Source of the DNA: the human T2T-CHM13v2.0 reference genome, Homo sapiens
Length of the DNA: 64,000 bases
NCBI RefSeq assembly: GCF_009914755.1
Contig: NC_060925.1
Direction: 5' to 3' (one strand)
Shown here: positions 13,127 through 27,178 of the stretch, in pieces
Layout of the letters: every line of letters begins with the position of its first letter
Position numbering within the stretch: position 1 is the stretch's first letter
Translations under genes and position numbers: made by a program
Notes under the pieces: generated by a model
What the model was told of the DNA's origin: nothing
Databases searched by the model: none
Seen by the model: the letters and a program-made list of their open reading frames with translations, nothing else

Positions 13127-13710
13127 GTGTGAGGGTTTCAGAGTCTGGCAGTTCTTGGATTCGGGATCTGGCACCTATCTGCAATGGGCAGCTGGCTTCC
13201 AAGAGGCAGAGCCAGCCCACTGCGAGGATATGTTTCCCATTTTAACTCACATTCTTTACTTGCTCCCAGCCCTGCCTGATTTCAGGCCCATGTAGATTTA
13301 CATCACTGAACTCATCTGAGACTATAAAATGACTTTGGGTAAGTGATCAAGGAGGTGGGAAGCCAGCATGGCAGGAATATTTGTAGCATTTGGCTTCTTT
13401 GGAGGAGGAAAGTACGTGCTCAGAGAGGCAATTTGTCGCCGCTGGTTTAAGGCTTTGATGACCGAAAAATTGCCAAGGCCAGGGGAACCTCAAAGGTCAT
13501 TGATTCCCATTTCTCCATGTTATAAATAAGAAAAATTAGGCCCCAAAAATTGGGAGGTTAAGAAACTTCACCCAGCACCCACAGCTAGGTAGTACACACA
13601 GAGCTAATAATGGAATCTAGGTTTTCTGGATGTGGGCCAGGACACAGTTGTGCCCTCCTGCCTAGCACAGGCCACTCCTTAACATTTGTTGAATAAGATT
13701 GGAACTTTCC

Positions 13711-14003
13711 GTCCAGGCACAGTGGCTCATGCCTGTAATCCCAGCACTTTGGGAGGCCGAGGCAGGTGGATCACGAGGTCAGGAGTTCGAGACCAGCCTG
13801 GCCAACATAGTGAAACCCCGTCTCTACTAAAAATACAAAAATTAGCCAGGCATGGCGGCACACGCCTGTAGTCCTAGCTAACTGGGAGACTGAGGCAGGA
13901 GAATTGCTTGAACCTGGGAGGCGGAGGTTGCCGTGAGCCAAGATTGCAACACCGCACTCCAGCCTGGGTGACAGAGCAAGACTCCGTCTAAAAAAAAAAA
14001 AAA
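13711..14003 (+). mobile_element. AluSg-like element
   Basis: Full dimer; TSD aagattggaa(c/a)tttcc. Confidence 0.93.
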
Positions 14004-14780
14004 AGATTGGAAATTTCCATCTTCTGCAGTAAGCATTAACTAACTCTGCACTAGGTAACACCAGCAGCTGCAGAGCTATAAACGAGAACTGATACAGATC
14101 CTGCCATTTCCATGCTGAAGAGGATGACTGGTGATTTGTGGCATGTGCATAATAGTTATATTGAGAGGTAGAAAACGATGGAACATGTAGAAAGGGCCAT
14201 GGGAGCAAGGAGAAATGACTTTCTCTAGGTCAGGGTTGGGGAAGACAGGTAAAAGCATGATGAAGAGGGGACACTAGCCCAACTGTGTAGATGAACCAAC
14301 CTGCCCACTCACAGCAGCGCTCCTGACTATCGGGAAGGGTAAGCACTGGATGAGCTAACACGGGGGACGTGGAAGCCCTGGCCAGGAATCTGCAAGAGAG
14401 AAATGATGCCATCTGTCTTGGCTCTAAAGGGATATGGGTGACCACATGAGCTTCCTTTTATCTTTTAAGGCCTGTGGTCCTGAAAGGGAATCAGAGTCAA
14501 TAAAGGAGCCCATCTGTGTGGCCTCTTAAGGATGAAGCCCCATGTAGGCTGTTCAGGCTGGGTGTCCAGCCGAGGGCAGGTGCACAAGACTTTTCGTGCC
14601 TCCACCTGTTGGCTGTGTGCCCGTCTAAGTTTCTATGCCCAGTGTGGCCCCTGGCAGTCAGCTGTAAGTCCCAGATGAGGCATCTCTTTTCCCTTTCTGT
14701 GCCATTAACCTCTGCCTGCAGCCCCCGCCCCTCCACCGAGAGCACCCTACAGCACCAGAAGGAAATGTCTCTGATTGCAG

Positions 14781-14915
14781 GAGCGAGACTTGGAAGCGCT
14801 GGTCAAAAGGTTTAAAACAGACCTCCACAACTGCGTAGCCTATATTCAGGAACCGCGGCTGCTGAAGGAGAAGGTTCGAGGTCTCTTTGAGAAGTACGTG
14901 CAGCGAGCAGACATG
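14781..14915 (+). CDS. CFAP57: CFAP57 exon ([19 protein letters not shown]...YVQRADM)
   Basis: ttgcag acceptor, ATG|GTAAGC donor; 135 nt, phase 0-0. Confidence 0.92.
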
Positions 14916-14996
14916 GTAAGCTCAGCCTCCCCTCCTGCCATGCACTGACCTCCGGGGTCTCCTCTCCCTCGCTGAGAATCTCCTGGGCCCCGTCAG

Positions 14997-15140
14997 GTGG
15001 AGATCGCAGGGCTGAACACAGACCTGCAGCAGGAGTACACCCGGCAGCGGGAGCACCTGGAGAGGAACCTGGCCACTCTCAAGAAGAAGGTGGTCAAGGA
15101 GGGCGAGCTGCACCGCACAGACTACGTCCGCATCATGCAG
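14997..15140 (+). CDS. CFAP57: CFAP57 exon ([22 protein letters not shown]...VRIMQ)
   Basis: cgtcag acceptor after an 81-nt intron, CAG|GTACCT donor; 144 nt. Confidence 0.92.
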
Positions 15141-17092
15141 GTACCTGCATGCTCCCCTCAGCCCCTGTGGAGGCCAAGCCATCCAAGATGAGAGATCCCA
15201 TCAAGGGTCCCTCTGAGACCACCTGTCTTCAGGGCTCCCCAGGTGTCTGGGGGCCCAGTAGCTCCCCCTAAAGTCTTATTTTGGCTCCTCTCCTCTGAGC
15301 TCGTCTTGGCTGTGACTGTGGCTGAGAGCTCACCTAGGAGGTTTTCTAGGCACTTCCATGCTGCACCCTGGCCTCCACCCCACCCAATGCCCACCTCCCT
15401 TCTCCACATACCCGATTCCTCTTTTCTACACCATCTTTATCCAGAGCACACCTGTGTCCCCTGCCTCACTCCTCTCATCAGCCCCTTGGCCCTCTAGACC
15501 TTCATCCACATCATCTTACCTCTCCTGAGCCACTTTCCCTTCTCTCTTCCATTCCCAACTCTCATTTCACCTGACTTTGTTTTGCTCCTTTGTATTCTGC
15601 TACCCATATCTCGTGGCCACGCCTCATCTGATTTTTCTGGTGCCTCAGGTCCCTACCCTTATCTCTTGTGTCCCAAGTTAGCCACAACGTCCCAGAGCTG
15701 GCCTCACTCTGGTTTAATAAGCGCCTCACACCCACCTCCCTGGATCCTTCATAGGCTGTTCAGAGAGCCTGACCCCATTACTGCCGCCTCCACACAGGCA
15801 CGTTATCAGGACTGCCAGTCGGGATTCTTCTGCCAGATTTCTGTTTGGGTATCAGTATCATCTGAGGCAATTAATGTGAATTAGTATCAAAAGGGAACAT
15901 CAGAATCACATTTATAAAGCACGTACCTTTTTATGTTCACATTTCTTTATTGCCATAATTAAAATACTGGAATGGGAACAGGTTGCAGTTAGATTGAAAC
16001 AAACCAGTTCCCAGCTTGGCCAGTTCATACAGAGCTGGGCAGAGCGCACTGTGATTCAGGCCAGACCCAGGCAGGGCTGGTCTCATGTCATCTTACGACC
16101 AGTCCCTGCTGAAAAGCAGCCCAGTCCATCTACCCTTTGCCCTACTCCTTGGCCATGAAAGCCATCGGAGGCCCAGAGATAGAAGTGCCTCCAGCTGGTG
16201 GAGCCCTGAGACACCAGCAGCCGCACACTGAGCCACTGCTTAGGGCCTGGAGTACCTAGAGCATGGAGAGCCCCCTGGGGCTCTGGAGTGCAGTGAGCAG
16301 GGAAGGGAAACCAGGATGACAGCAGGAGCAGTTGTCAGCTGCTGACATCACCTAGCACCCTCTGTGCCCTGTCACCAGAGTACAGGCCTGAGGAACTGGG
16401 TCCCTCTCTCCATGCCAAGCAGCCAAAGCAAACATCGATGTAGGAGGAGGAAGATCACAGGCTAGCCAGAGGGTGTGAGCGTCAGCATGAGGCTGCTGGG
16501 GCGGGCATCCTGTCCTCTTCTGCTTCCCTATGCCCCGGAGGGTGCTGGGCCAGGGTGGGGTAGAAAGCAGAGGAGACCCAAGCGGGCCTCCTGCCCAGCC
16601 CTGCCACTCCCTGATGGCTGGCAGAGGGAGCCATCAACAAATGAAGTCCCGGGAAGAACATTTTCTCCAGCAGCATTGTAACCTATGTGCTAGGGAGTCC
16701 TGTGGATCCAAATAAGTAACTCCAGCAACTGCAGGGAGTAAGAAGGGGCCCAGGGTGGGGGGTGTGTGGCAGGGGGTGCGGGTCTCCGGGTCCCTACCCC
16801 TTCAACCAGAAAGAGACTGCTTGCTGCTAACAGTGGAGCTCTTTTTGTTGGAAAAAAGTCTGGAAGATTTAAAAAAAAGAAAAGTTTTCAAAACCACTGT
16901 GCCGACCCTGGTTTACCCTGCTCCACCACTCCTCTGCCAGGAGACCTTGGGTAAATTCCTTAACTCAAGGAGCCACCTTGCCTGTATGTAAAACAGGGAA
17001 GAAAACACCAACCTGAGAGTGGGGGGTTCCTGCAAGATTGAATGGGACAACCACATAAGGCACTAGGCACTGGCCTGGTACAGAATAAGTGC

Positions 17093-17125
<33 letters not shown>

Positions 17126-17131
17126 ATTTCC

Positions 17132-17462
<331 letters not shown>

Positions 17463-17859
17463 CTATCCAAGAACCAAGGTAGAAATCCAGTGGGAAAGCC
17501 TAGAAGCCCATCACAGGATGGGCCACGGGTGCCTGTGGACTGCAGGTGGCAGGGGTGGAGGGTGGAGGGTGGATGGCACAACTGATTCCAGACCCTCAGT
17601 TGGTGACCTTGGTGTGTGCTGGTCAGGAGCCAGCTGGACCTCATCTTCAGTTGCCATGGCCCTGGCACTTCAATCCAAAAAGGCTGAGGAAGGCCACAGC
17701 AAACATGGCATCTAAGAGTAACTCATTAGAAAATAACAGAAAATGAGGTCACTGTCTCATTTGTTTATTCAGACAGGAGCTCAGCCTCCCCACTCCATTC
17801 CTCAGCACACTGGCAGATATGAAAATAAGAGTTGCTATGAGATACAAACATCTAGGACA

Positions 17860-18700
17860 TGCATTTTATTCATTCAGTACACATTTTTTGAGGGCTTCTT
17901 GTACAGCAAGCTCTGTGTCAGTCACTGAGGATTCCAAGATGAACGTGATAGTGTTCCTACTCTCAAGGAGTTAATCATTGGGAACCTGGACCAGATACAA
18001 ATAATTACTGCTCAACTCATTGTATGCAGTGCTGTGGGCTCATCCTGGAAATGGGGTTCAGTGATGCCTTCAGGACTTGTGGAAGGTTTCTGGGGCAAGG
18101 GGCATTTGAGCTGAGCCTTGAAGGGTGAGTAGAGGTTGATCGTGGAACAAGTCAGGGAAGAGACTTCCAGGCTGTGGGAACAACCTGAGAAAAAGCAGAG
18201 AAGAGTGAGGCCTGTGAGGTGCTTGGAGACCCAAGAGTCCACGAGAAGAGAGTCCAAGTGGAGAAGAACCCACTGAAATGGTTGGTGGCTGAGGGTCATG
18301 TTGGAAAGGGCGTCCATGCCATGCCAAAAAGTACAGTTTGTCCTGTAAACAGGCTCCACCCAAGGTTTCTTAAGTAGGGGTGTCTTTGTTTTGAAAAGAC
18401 AAAACACTCCATTGGCAAGGTGGGAAGACTGGTGGGGAAAGAGGCAGGTGGCAGAAAAACCCATTAGGAAATGACTGTCATGTTAAGGGTAGATGAGAAG
18501 TACTTGGAAAGGGGAAAGTTGTGGTGTCAAAAGGCATTTCAGAGTAGAAATGACAAATAGAAATGTCAGGTTAGACATGGGAGGAAGGTTGAAAGAACGG
18601 AGAAGGATTCCAGGATGGCTCATTTGTGCAGTTAGGCAGATGGTGAGCCCACTGACTGTGGGTTCCAGAAAGATGTCACTGATGCAAGGATTCCAAGTCC
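17860..18700 (-). mobile_element. L2 LINE fragment
   Basis: ttattcattca end followed by purine-rich reverse-L2 sequence. Confidence 0.55.
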
Positions 18701-20637
18701 ATGGAATAAATCTGTTGCCTGCTTTTTCCAGGCTGTGAGGTACTGCCATATTCTAAAGGCATCGACTCAGGCCATGCCATTAGGGGGTGCTGTAGGCATT
18801 CCCTTCTCTTCTCTGCTCAATACGGAGGTCGGAAAGACCTGCCAGGGTCATCAGTCAGTTCCAAAGGCCAAAGGCAGTCCTGGACAGCTTGGCAGAGCCC
18901 CTTTGCTTAGAAAGCTTTTTACATAAACAGTTTCACATCCCCCAAGACTTGGCACGTTGGTGGACCCCAGGTCAGATTTCCTCTGCAGCTGTGTAGACCT
19001 GGGTGGGGGTCTGGAGGATTGGAGGGGATTTTGGAAGTCAAACTGACAAGGGAGAGATCAGGAAGAGAAGGCTCGGCAAACCCATTGCATTCACATTTTT
19101 AATCCACAAAGCCATCCAAAGCAAAAACGGTCGACCTCAATGTGACCTCGGGACCCCTCGGAACACAGGCCACCCCAGAAAACATTTTGCAGGTAGCCCA
19201 ACTTATACTTATTGGGAGTGTCCTTGGCCATCATACTATGTGAGATATTGGAATGGAGGTGACATAAATGTGAGGGGGGACAGCAGAGCCTGGAAAGCAG
19301 TAGTCACGGAGGAGCAGGGCTCTCTGGATGGAGGCACGACAGGGTTCAGACACCAGCTCTACCACTGAGATACGGCCTCAGTTTCCTCACAAGGTTGGTG
19401 TAAGGATGAACTGAGGGACTGTATGCATGCTGTTTGATACATTTGCAGTGATCCAATCAACCCTTGCAATTGTGGTTACTCTTATTATCGTTATCATCAA
19501 GCTCTTCCTGCCTTAGGTTCTGCTTGCCGCCTCCTGGCTCTGGGCCTGGAACACTCTTCTCCTCTGTCTCCCCTGGGGTTGCACACTGTCACACTGGGTT
19601 GGGCAGGGGCCCAACCATGCTTCAGCCTCTCATGGCAGCTCTGCAGTGGAGCCAAGCGGGACCTCCCATGCCTGGCACAGTGACCAGTATAAGCTTTCAG
19701 GAACTGGTTCTTAGATTACTTTTCTTACATGAATACGTGAATGAATGAATGAACAGAACAAGAGAGTCAGGCTGCACTGAGTGGTGGGCCTCAATCATAC
19801 TCCAAAAAGGATCAAGCCCTGGAGACCCATTTAGGTAAGGGAGCATCATGAAGATGTCAGAGGTTGGCAGGGGGGTCAGGAACAGGCATTCACACCAACA
19901 GGTACCAGGAGCCAGAAATCCCAATCACAGTGACAGGGCTGTAGAGGGTGGAGGGGGTGGGGAGAAGCCAGGGCAGGGCTCCACTTGCCGGGGGGCCTTT
20001 ACAGCAGAACAAGGGAGAACACTGAGAGCTGGTGACAAACCAGCAGGAAGGATGAACATCAGAATCAACTCAGACACAAAATCAATAGGACTCAGTGACA
20101 GAATGGATGGAGATGACCAAAAAGAGGAAGCAGCTAAAGATGCAAACTGTGAGAGAACTCGAATTGTGCTTTCAGTTTCTAGTGCTTATTCTGATGATTG
20201 TTATTGAGTTATTTAATGAGGATCAGGAGAAGTGAAGCTTAGCGAGGCCTACTGAAGGGAGAAATGGAGAGAGACCTCAAGCAAGCAAGCTTCCCCCTGT
20301 GGCTCTAAGACCTTCCCTTCTGTTCTGGTCTCTTTCACCTGTCCCTTATCCCTTGGTCTGTAACTTCCTTATTAGTAAGAATCTCATCTTATTCGGTTTG
20401 GTATCCACTGCATTAGTTATACATTTTCTCATCCATTTCACAAATATTTAATGAGCACCTCTAACATGCAAGGCAGGGTCCAAGGTCCATAACCCAATAA
20501 ATATGTATTGAATTGATCATGTCATGATATAAAGTCTGCAAGGAGAAGGTCCATGGGAGGATCTAGCAGAGTTTTACCAGGCAGCATCTGGAAAGGAAAT
20601 GCGGGAAACCTATCACTGTTATGAGACAATTTGGAAC

Positions 20638-21010
20638 TGTAATGTTCCCCACCCTCCCTCCCAAACTGGGGAGACCGAAGAATGACAAGTCCAGCTTGGT
20701 GAGTAGATGAGTTTATTTAGGTCTTCCATGTGGGGCACTCCTGGGCAGCAGCAGGACAGCTCTAGAGACCTGCTTTGCCTCACATCTCTAAGCTGCTTTT
20801 AAGCTAATTTTCTGGCTCTTCACCTACTGTGTATGTGCCATGGGACTGTTTTCCTTAGTAGGTTTTCAGATATCTTCTAGGATGTTTGGATTCTCAGGGA
20901 CACCTGCTCCACAGCTGGGCACCATGGCCTTGACTAACTGCCTGGCCTTGAGGGTTCAGACAGTGAACATACACCCTTAAGTAACCTGGTGGGGGACCCA
21001 TCACACTACA
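20638..21010 (-). mobile_element. Solo ERVL-class LTR (MER54-like)
   Basis: TG...CA termini (TGTAATG / CACTACA), minus-strand AATAAA near 20712, 373 bp. Confidence 0.65.
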
Positions 21011-21149
21011 ATCAGCAAGGCCTGGGTTGGTTCAAAGGGTAAAGCATTCGATGGAGAAAACATCTGATTCAGAAACACAAGTACAAATCCTAGCATGAAG
21101 AATGAGGGGTTGACAATGAGGACTGGGCATTTCATCCGAGACAGAGAGA

Positions 21150-21826
<677 letters not shown>

Positions 21827-22159
21827 GTAAGGAATACTGAAATTAAGTAATATACTGGAATTCTAAAGGTGTAGATCTGTGCTTTAGATGAAGCATTTCT
21901 GGAGGAAAAGAATCATTGCGGTGTCTCTAGCCCGACCCCTGCTCCCTTCTGGGCTCCACAGGTACCTCCCCACAGCAGAGGACCGTTTGTCACAGCTCAG
22001 GGAGAACAGTGCTTAAGACCATCCTGTTCTCTGGGCTCTGACTCCGTAGCCACCACTCGTGAGATAATGTCCCAAGTAGAAGCACAGTTTGTTCCTGGCA
22101 CAGGTCCACTTTATGTAGATTTGGCCTGCAACTGCCTTTTCTGGTATACAGACCCTCAG

Positions 22160-22322
22160 GTGCTTTGCAACTGAAAGTGTGGTCTGGCCTGCAGACCAGC
22201 AGCAGCATCTCTTGGAAGCCCAGTGCAGGATTTCAGGGCCCATTCCAGACCTATGAGTCAGAGGGGCATCTAACAAGGTGGTCAGGTGATGTATTTGTAT
22301 GGTCATACACGAGGAACTGCTG
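22160..22322. mobile_element. MER5-like hAT MITE remnant
   Basis: aaagtgtggtc...gaccagcagcagcatc motif. Confidence 0.5.
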
Positions 22323-22942
22323 TAGACAAGCTGACTACTGTGGCTGTGGGCTCTAAGAGCAAAGTGGCCAGTCTCTTTGGGCCCTTGGGGATGGGGCTCC
22401 TCCTTGGGGTACTTGTGCTGGGTGTGAAATGGAAGGCAGAGATTTGAGGTGTGGGAAAAGAGGAAAGAGACTGTTTGGTCCCAGGGTGCAGAGCCTGCAC
22501 CACCTGGCCCCCAGCAAGCTTCGTCCTCACTCCTGTCGACTCCCCTCCTTTCACTCTGCATTCCAGTGATGCAGGACTGTTGCAGGTCTCCCCCACCCCC
22601 ATCAGCTGTGTCACATTCTGTGCCTTTGCTTCTGCTGTTCTAGTTGTCTGGGACACCCTTTACCCTCTCCTTGGTGACTCCTTCAAGCCTCAGCCCAGGG
22701 GTCAATTCCTAGGAATCCACCCTAGTCATTCAGGCAGAAGGAAGCATCTTTCCTCTAGGCCCACTCCTCCATCACAGCAAGGTGGCCACCATGTTAAACT
22801 GTACCCACACCCCGCACTAAACTGTAAACTCCTCAAGAGCAGAAGCTAAGATTTACACTCTCTATACTCTAGGATTAACATAGTATCTCCATAATATTGG
22901 ATGACTACATTATAGGTACTCAATAAACATTTATTAGATGAA

Positions 22943-22980
22943 TGGTTGGTTGGATGGATGGATGGATGGATGGATGGATA
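22943..22980 (+). repeat. (TGGA)n microsatellite at an L2 3' end
   Basis: ggttggttggatggatggatggatggatggatggata after an L2 tail. Confidence 0.9.
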
Positions 22981-23174
22981 TTTGTCAAACACAAATAAGA
23001 GAAGTGAGCTTCCAATGGATGCAGCAGATGTTAATTATCCATTTACTTTTCTGTTTTACTCACTAAATAGCATGCTGCTAAGGGCAGACCATATCCTATT
23101 TCTGTTTGCACTTTATGGACTTACCAGATAGCCTATAAATGTGGGTTCAGCAAATGAATGAAAAATGAATGAAG

Positions 23175-23470
23175 TATAGCACAGTGCTTACGAACTCTGG
23201 AGCCAGACTGTTGGGGTTGGAATCCTGACTCTACCACTTGCTAGCTGTGTAACTGAGCAAGTCATATACCTCTCTGTGCCTCACTTTTCTCTTCTGTAAA
23301 ATTGTGATTATAATAACAATTTATAATTGTTTTTGTGATTATAATAGCCATATAATTATATATATATAATATAATAGCCATATAATAGCCAATAATTGTG
23401 ATATAATAATAGCCATAGGGTTATTATGATGCATTTAAACTCATATAAAAAGTGCATGGAAAAGCATTGT
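23175..23470 (+). mobile_element. MIR containing an AT-rich ATAATAGCCAT tandem expansion (about 23310-23430)
   Basis: MIR core (gaatcctgactctaccacttgctagctgtg) and four ataatagcca units. Confidence 0.7.
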
Positions 23471-23723
23471 TGTTGCTGTTGACGTTGCAACAAGCATGGG
23501 TGGATGTGAATGGTGCTGAGTCTACCCGAAAGTAAGTTAGCTGGTTCCTTAAGAGGCTGAGCAATAGGCTGGAATAAAGGCTCAGGCCCCAATAGAGGAT
23601 CCAGAGTTCTGGATCCAGACCTAACCCTGCCCATTCCCCATACACTCAGCCCAGGAGGGTATGCCTTGTGCCCACTGACCACTCATCCATCCACCCTCCC
23701 TCTCTCTTCCCCCTTTTCTGCAG

Positions 23724-23856
23724 GAAAATGTCTCTCTGATCAAGGAAATTAATGAGCTCCGCAGGGAGCTGAAGTTCACTCGGTCCCAAGTCTATGACCT
23801 TGAAGCAGCTCTGAAACTGACCAAGAAAGTCCGACCACAAGAAGTTTCAGAGACAG
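23724..23856 (+). CDS. CFAP57: CFAP57 penultimate exon ([17 protein letters not shown]...QEVSET)
   Basis: ccttttctgcag acceptor, CAG|GTAATA donor; 133 nt, phase 0 to 1. Confidence 0.93.
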
Positions 23857-25119
23857 GTAATATCACCAGTGGCCAGGGGAGATGGGCACTGGGACGAAGG
23901 GATTGATGGCAGCTGCAGGCAGGTCTCCCTTTGGCTTCCTTCTGTATCAGGTCCCATCTACACATGGCCTTCTGGGATCCTGTCCGGGGCACACACCTGC
24001 TCTTTGAGGAATCCATGAGGGCCTTCCCACACTCCGACACACACAGGTCCACAGTCCCCTGGCTGACATCCTTGAGGTTAGCTACCGTTCAGAATGCAGA
24101 CTCTTTTAGATTTTAGAAAGCGAATACTTTATATAACATTCCCAGAGGGGTCTGGGGCAGTGCCCTAAAATCAAACACTTTAGTATTTCTGTAGTGACAT
24201 ATGAATATTCACACTAAGCTTCCTGAATTTAAAAAAGCACTCTGTTTTTAGATCTTCTTGCATTTTAGAATAGTGAATAAGGGATTGTGAACCTGTACAA
24301 TTAAAATGAAGACAAAAAGCAAGATGAGGAGCTATTTAAAGGAAGAGGGGAAATAATTACATAAATATTAAATGAGTCAGTTACTGCAATTATATCCTAA
24401 AGTTCCTCTGAATTTCTGACGGCCAAGGCAAAAAGAGAAACAAAGAAATATGATCGTTTATATCATGCTCATTGTATGGCAAAAGGGAGCTTTTTTTCTG
24501 GAGAAACAAACGTTTCCCTGGCAATAAATTCTCTGAGAAACTTACCACATGGATCCTTACAAAAGGAATGTGGAGTAACAATGAACAGCCTTTAATTACA
24601 TATGCCGCTTTCAGGCCCCAAAGAAGCATTTTTCAAGTATCCACTCCTTATCTGGACAATCGATAAAAACCAAGAGATTAAGGCATCTCTATGGCAAATT
24701 AAGCCAACATGGTTCAAGTTTTTGTTTTCTGGTGGTTTACATTAAGGAATAAAGATTAGAGGCTTGAACTGAAACATCCCATAGCTATGGATTGGGTCTC
24801 TGAAGTGTCAGTTGTCTCTTGTCCCATGGTCACATAAGCTTATGATGGGGAAAAGTGGCTGAAAGGTACACAGGAACCTTGTACTATTTTTGCAACTTAT
24901 TGTTAGTCTTCAACTATATAACTATATACATTTAATTACAAAATTAAATACATATATAAGATTTTATGTATATGTATATAATTTTGTTGTCTTGTGCACT
25001 TTTGGCTAGGGTTGAAGTTGAAACAAGAGTAAACCCTGAGTAGTACCTGAAGTGGCAATACCAGGCCTACAGGGTTGATGTGAGAGCATAGCGTGTGTCA
25101 TAAAGACTGAGATACTTGG

Positions 25120-25428
<309 letters not shown>

Positions 25429-25524
25429 CCTGACATGCTTGACTTCTCAGAGGTGAAACCATCTTCTCTTGAAAATAAAGCACAGATGTGAACAATTGCA
25501 AAACTTCTCTTAAAAAATGTTTCA

Positions 25525-25839
25525 GGCCAGGCGCCGTGGCTCACATCTGTAATCCCAGCACTTTGGGAGGCCAAGGCGAGCGGAACGCTTGTGCCCAGGG
25601 TTCAAGACTAGCCTGGGCAACATGGCAAAACCACATCTCTACAAAAAATACAAAAATCAGCCGGGCATGATGGCATATGCCTGTAGTCCCAGCTATTCGG
25701 GAGGTTGAGGTGTGAGGATTTTAGAGTAAAATTGATCACCTGAACCTCAGAGGTTCAAGGCTGCTGTGAGCCATGATCACGCCACTACACTCCAGTCTAG
25801 GTGACAGAGCAAGACCCTGTCTCAAAAAAAAAAAAAAAA
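25525..25839 (+). mobile_element. AluJ-like element with a small internal insertion
   Basis: J-type diagnostics; poly(A) tail. Confidence 0.88.
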
Positions 25840-26239
25840 GTTTTAAATATGTCCAAGTATCCTAACAAATATTCATTTGAGACCTCCTCAGGATGCCATG
25901 TGATATAGCCAGGGTCTTCATATTACTATCTTGGAGATTTCCAGACATATACAAAAATTGAGAGAGAAGTCTAATCAATTCCTGGGACCCCAGTCCCCTA
26001 CTTCCAACAAATATCAACTCCTGTCACTTGTGATTCATCAACATACCCCCACCCCGACCCAGAAGCCAGAGTGGTGAACCTAGAAGAAATCCAATGTATG
26101 CCACAAAACCCTCAAAAGGCTCAGGAATGATCAGAAGCAGATATCTCTGGAGGTGGAAGTGAAGGTAGGGCTGAAAACAGAAAAAAATCTGTTTAAGAAG
26201 CTGTTAGATCCACCTACTATCCAACACAGTGGCTAAAAA

Positions 26240-27178
26240 CAGACCCACATCAAGTCCATCATCTTGAAATTTCAGAACACCAGAGTATGAGGAAAGAACT
26301 CCTCCAGACTTCCAAAGGAGTTAAGGAAAATTTTTATACAAAGGATCAAAAATCACAATTACAGGATACAAAATCAATGCACACAAAAATGTTGCAATTT
26401 TTATATACTAACAATGTACTATCCAAAACGGAAATTAAGAAAACAATTGCATTTACAATTGCATCAAAAAGAATAAAATACTTGGGAATAAATTTAACTG
26501 AAGAAGCAAAAGACTGAACACTACAAAACATTGCTGAAAGAAATTAAATACCAGTAAGTGGTGGATTGGAAGACTTGTCGTTAAGATGTCAGTACTACCC
26601 AAAGTGATCTGCAGATTCACTGCAATCCCTATAAAAACCTCAATGACATTTTTGCAGAAACAGAAAAATCCATTCCAAAATTCATATGGAATATCAAGGT
26701 ACCCTGAATAGCCAAAACAATCTTGAAAAAGAAGAACAAGGTTGGAGGTCTCATACTTTCTGATTTCACAACCTGCAACAAAGCTATAGCAATCAAAACA
26801 GTGTGATACTGGCGTAAAAACAGACATACAGACCAATGAAATAGAATATAGAGGCCAGATATAAACCCTCAAATAAATGGTCAAGTGATTGTCAACAAGG
26901 GTACCAAGATCATTTAGTAGGGAAAGGACAGTCTTCTCAACAAGTAGTGTTGGGAAAACTGGATATACACATACAAAAGAATTAAGGTAGACACTTACCT
27001 TACACCATATACAACAATTAACTCAAAATGAATCAAAGATCTAAACAGAAGAGCTAAAACTATAAAACTCTTAGAAGAAAGCATAGAGGAAAAGCTTCAT
27101 AACATTGGATTTGGCAATTATTTATTTGGCGAATGACACAAAAAGCACAGGCAACGAAATAAAAAATAGATAAGTTGT
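26240..27178 (+). mobile_element. Degenerate L1 fragments (ORF1 piece and ORF2 C-terminal region)
   Basis: [14 protein letters not shown] motif of L1 ORF2 in ORF 26287-26517; A-rich strand bias; several frameshifts. Confidence 0.88.

Noticed and set aside
24060-24300. Possible DNA-transposon remnant
   Set aside because: Could not define its ends or family by eye
26287-27178. Possible active L1 or retrogene
   Set aside because: Fragmentary, frameshifted and truncated L1 relic
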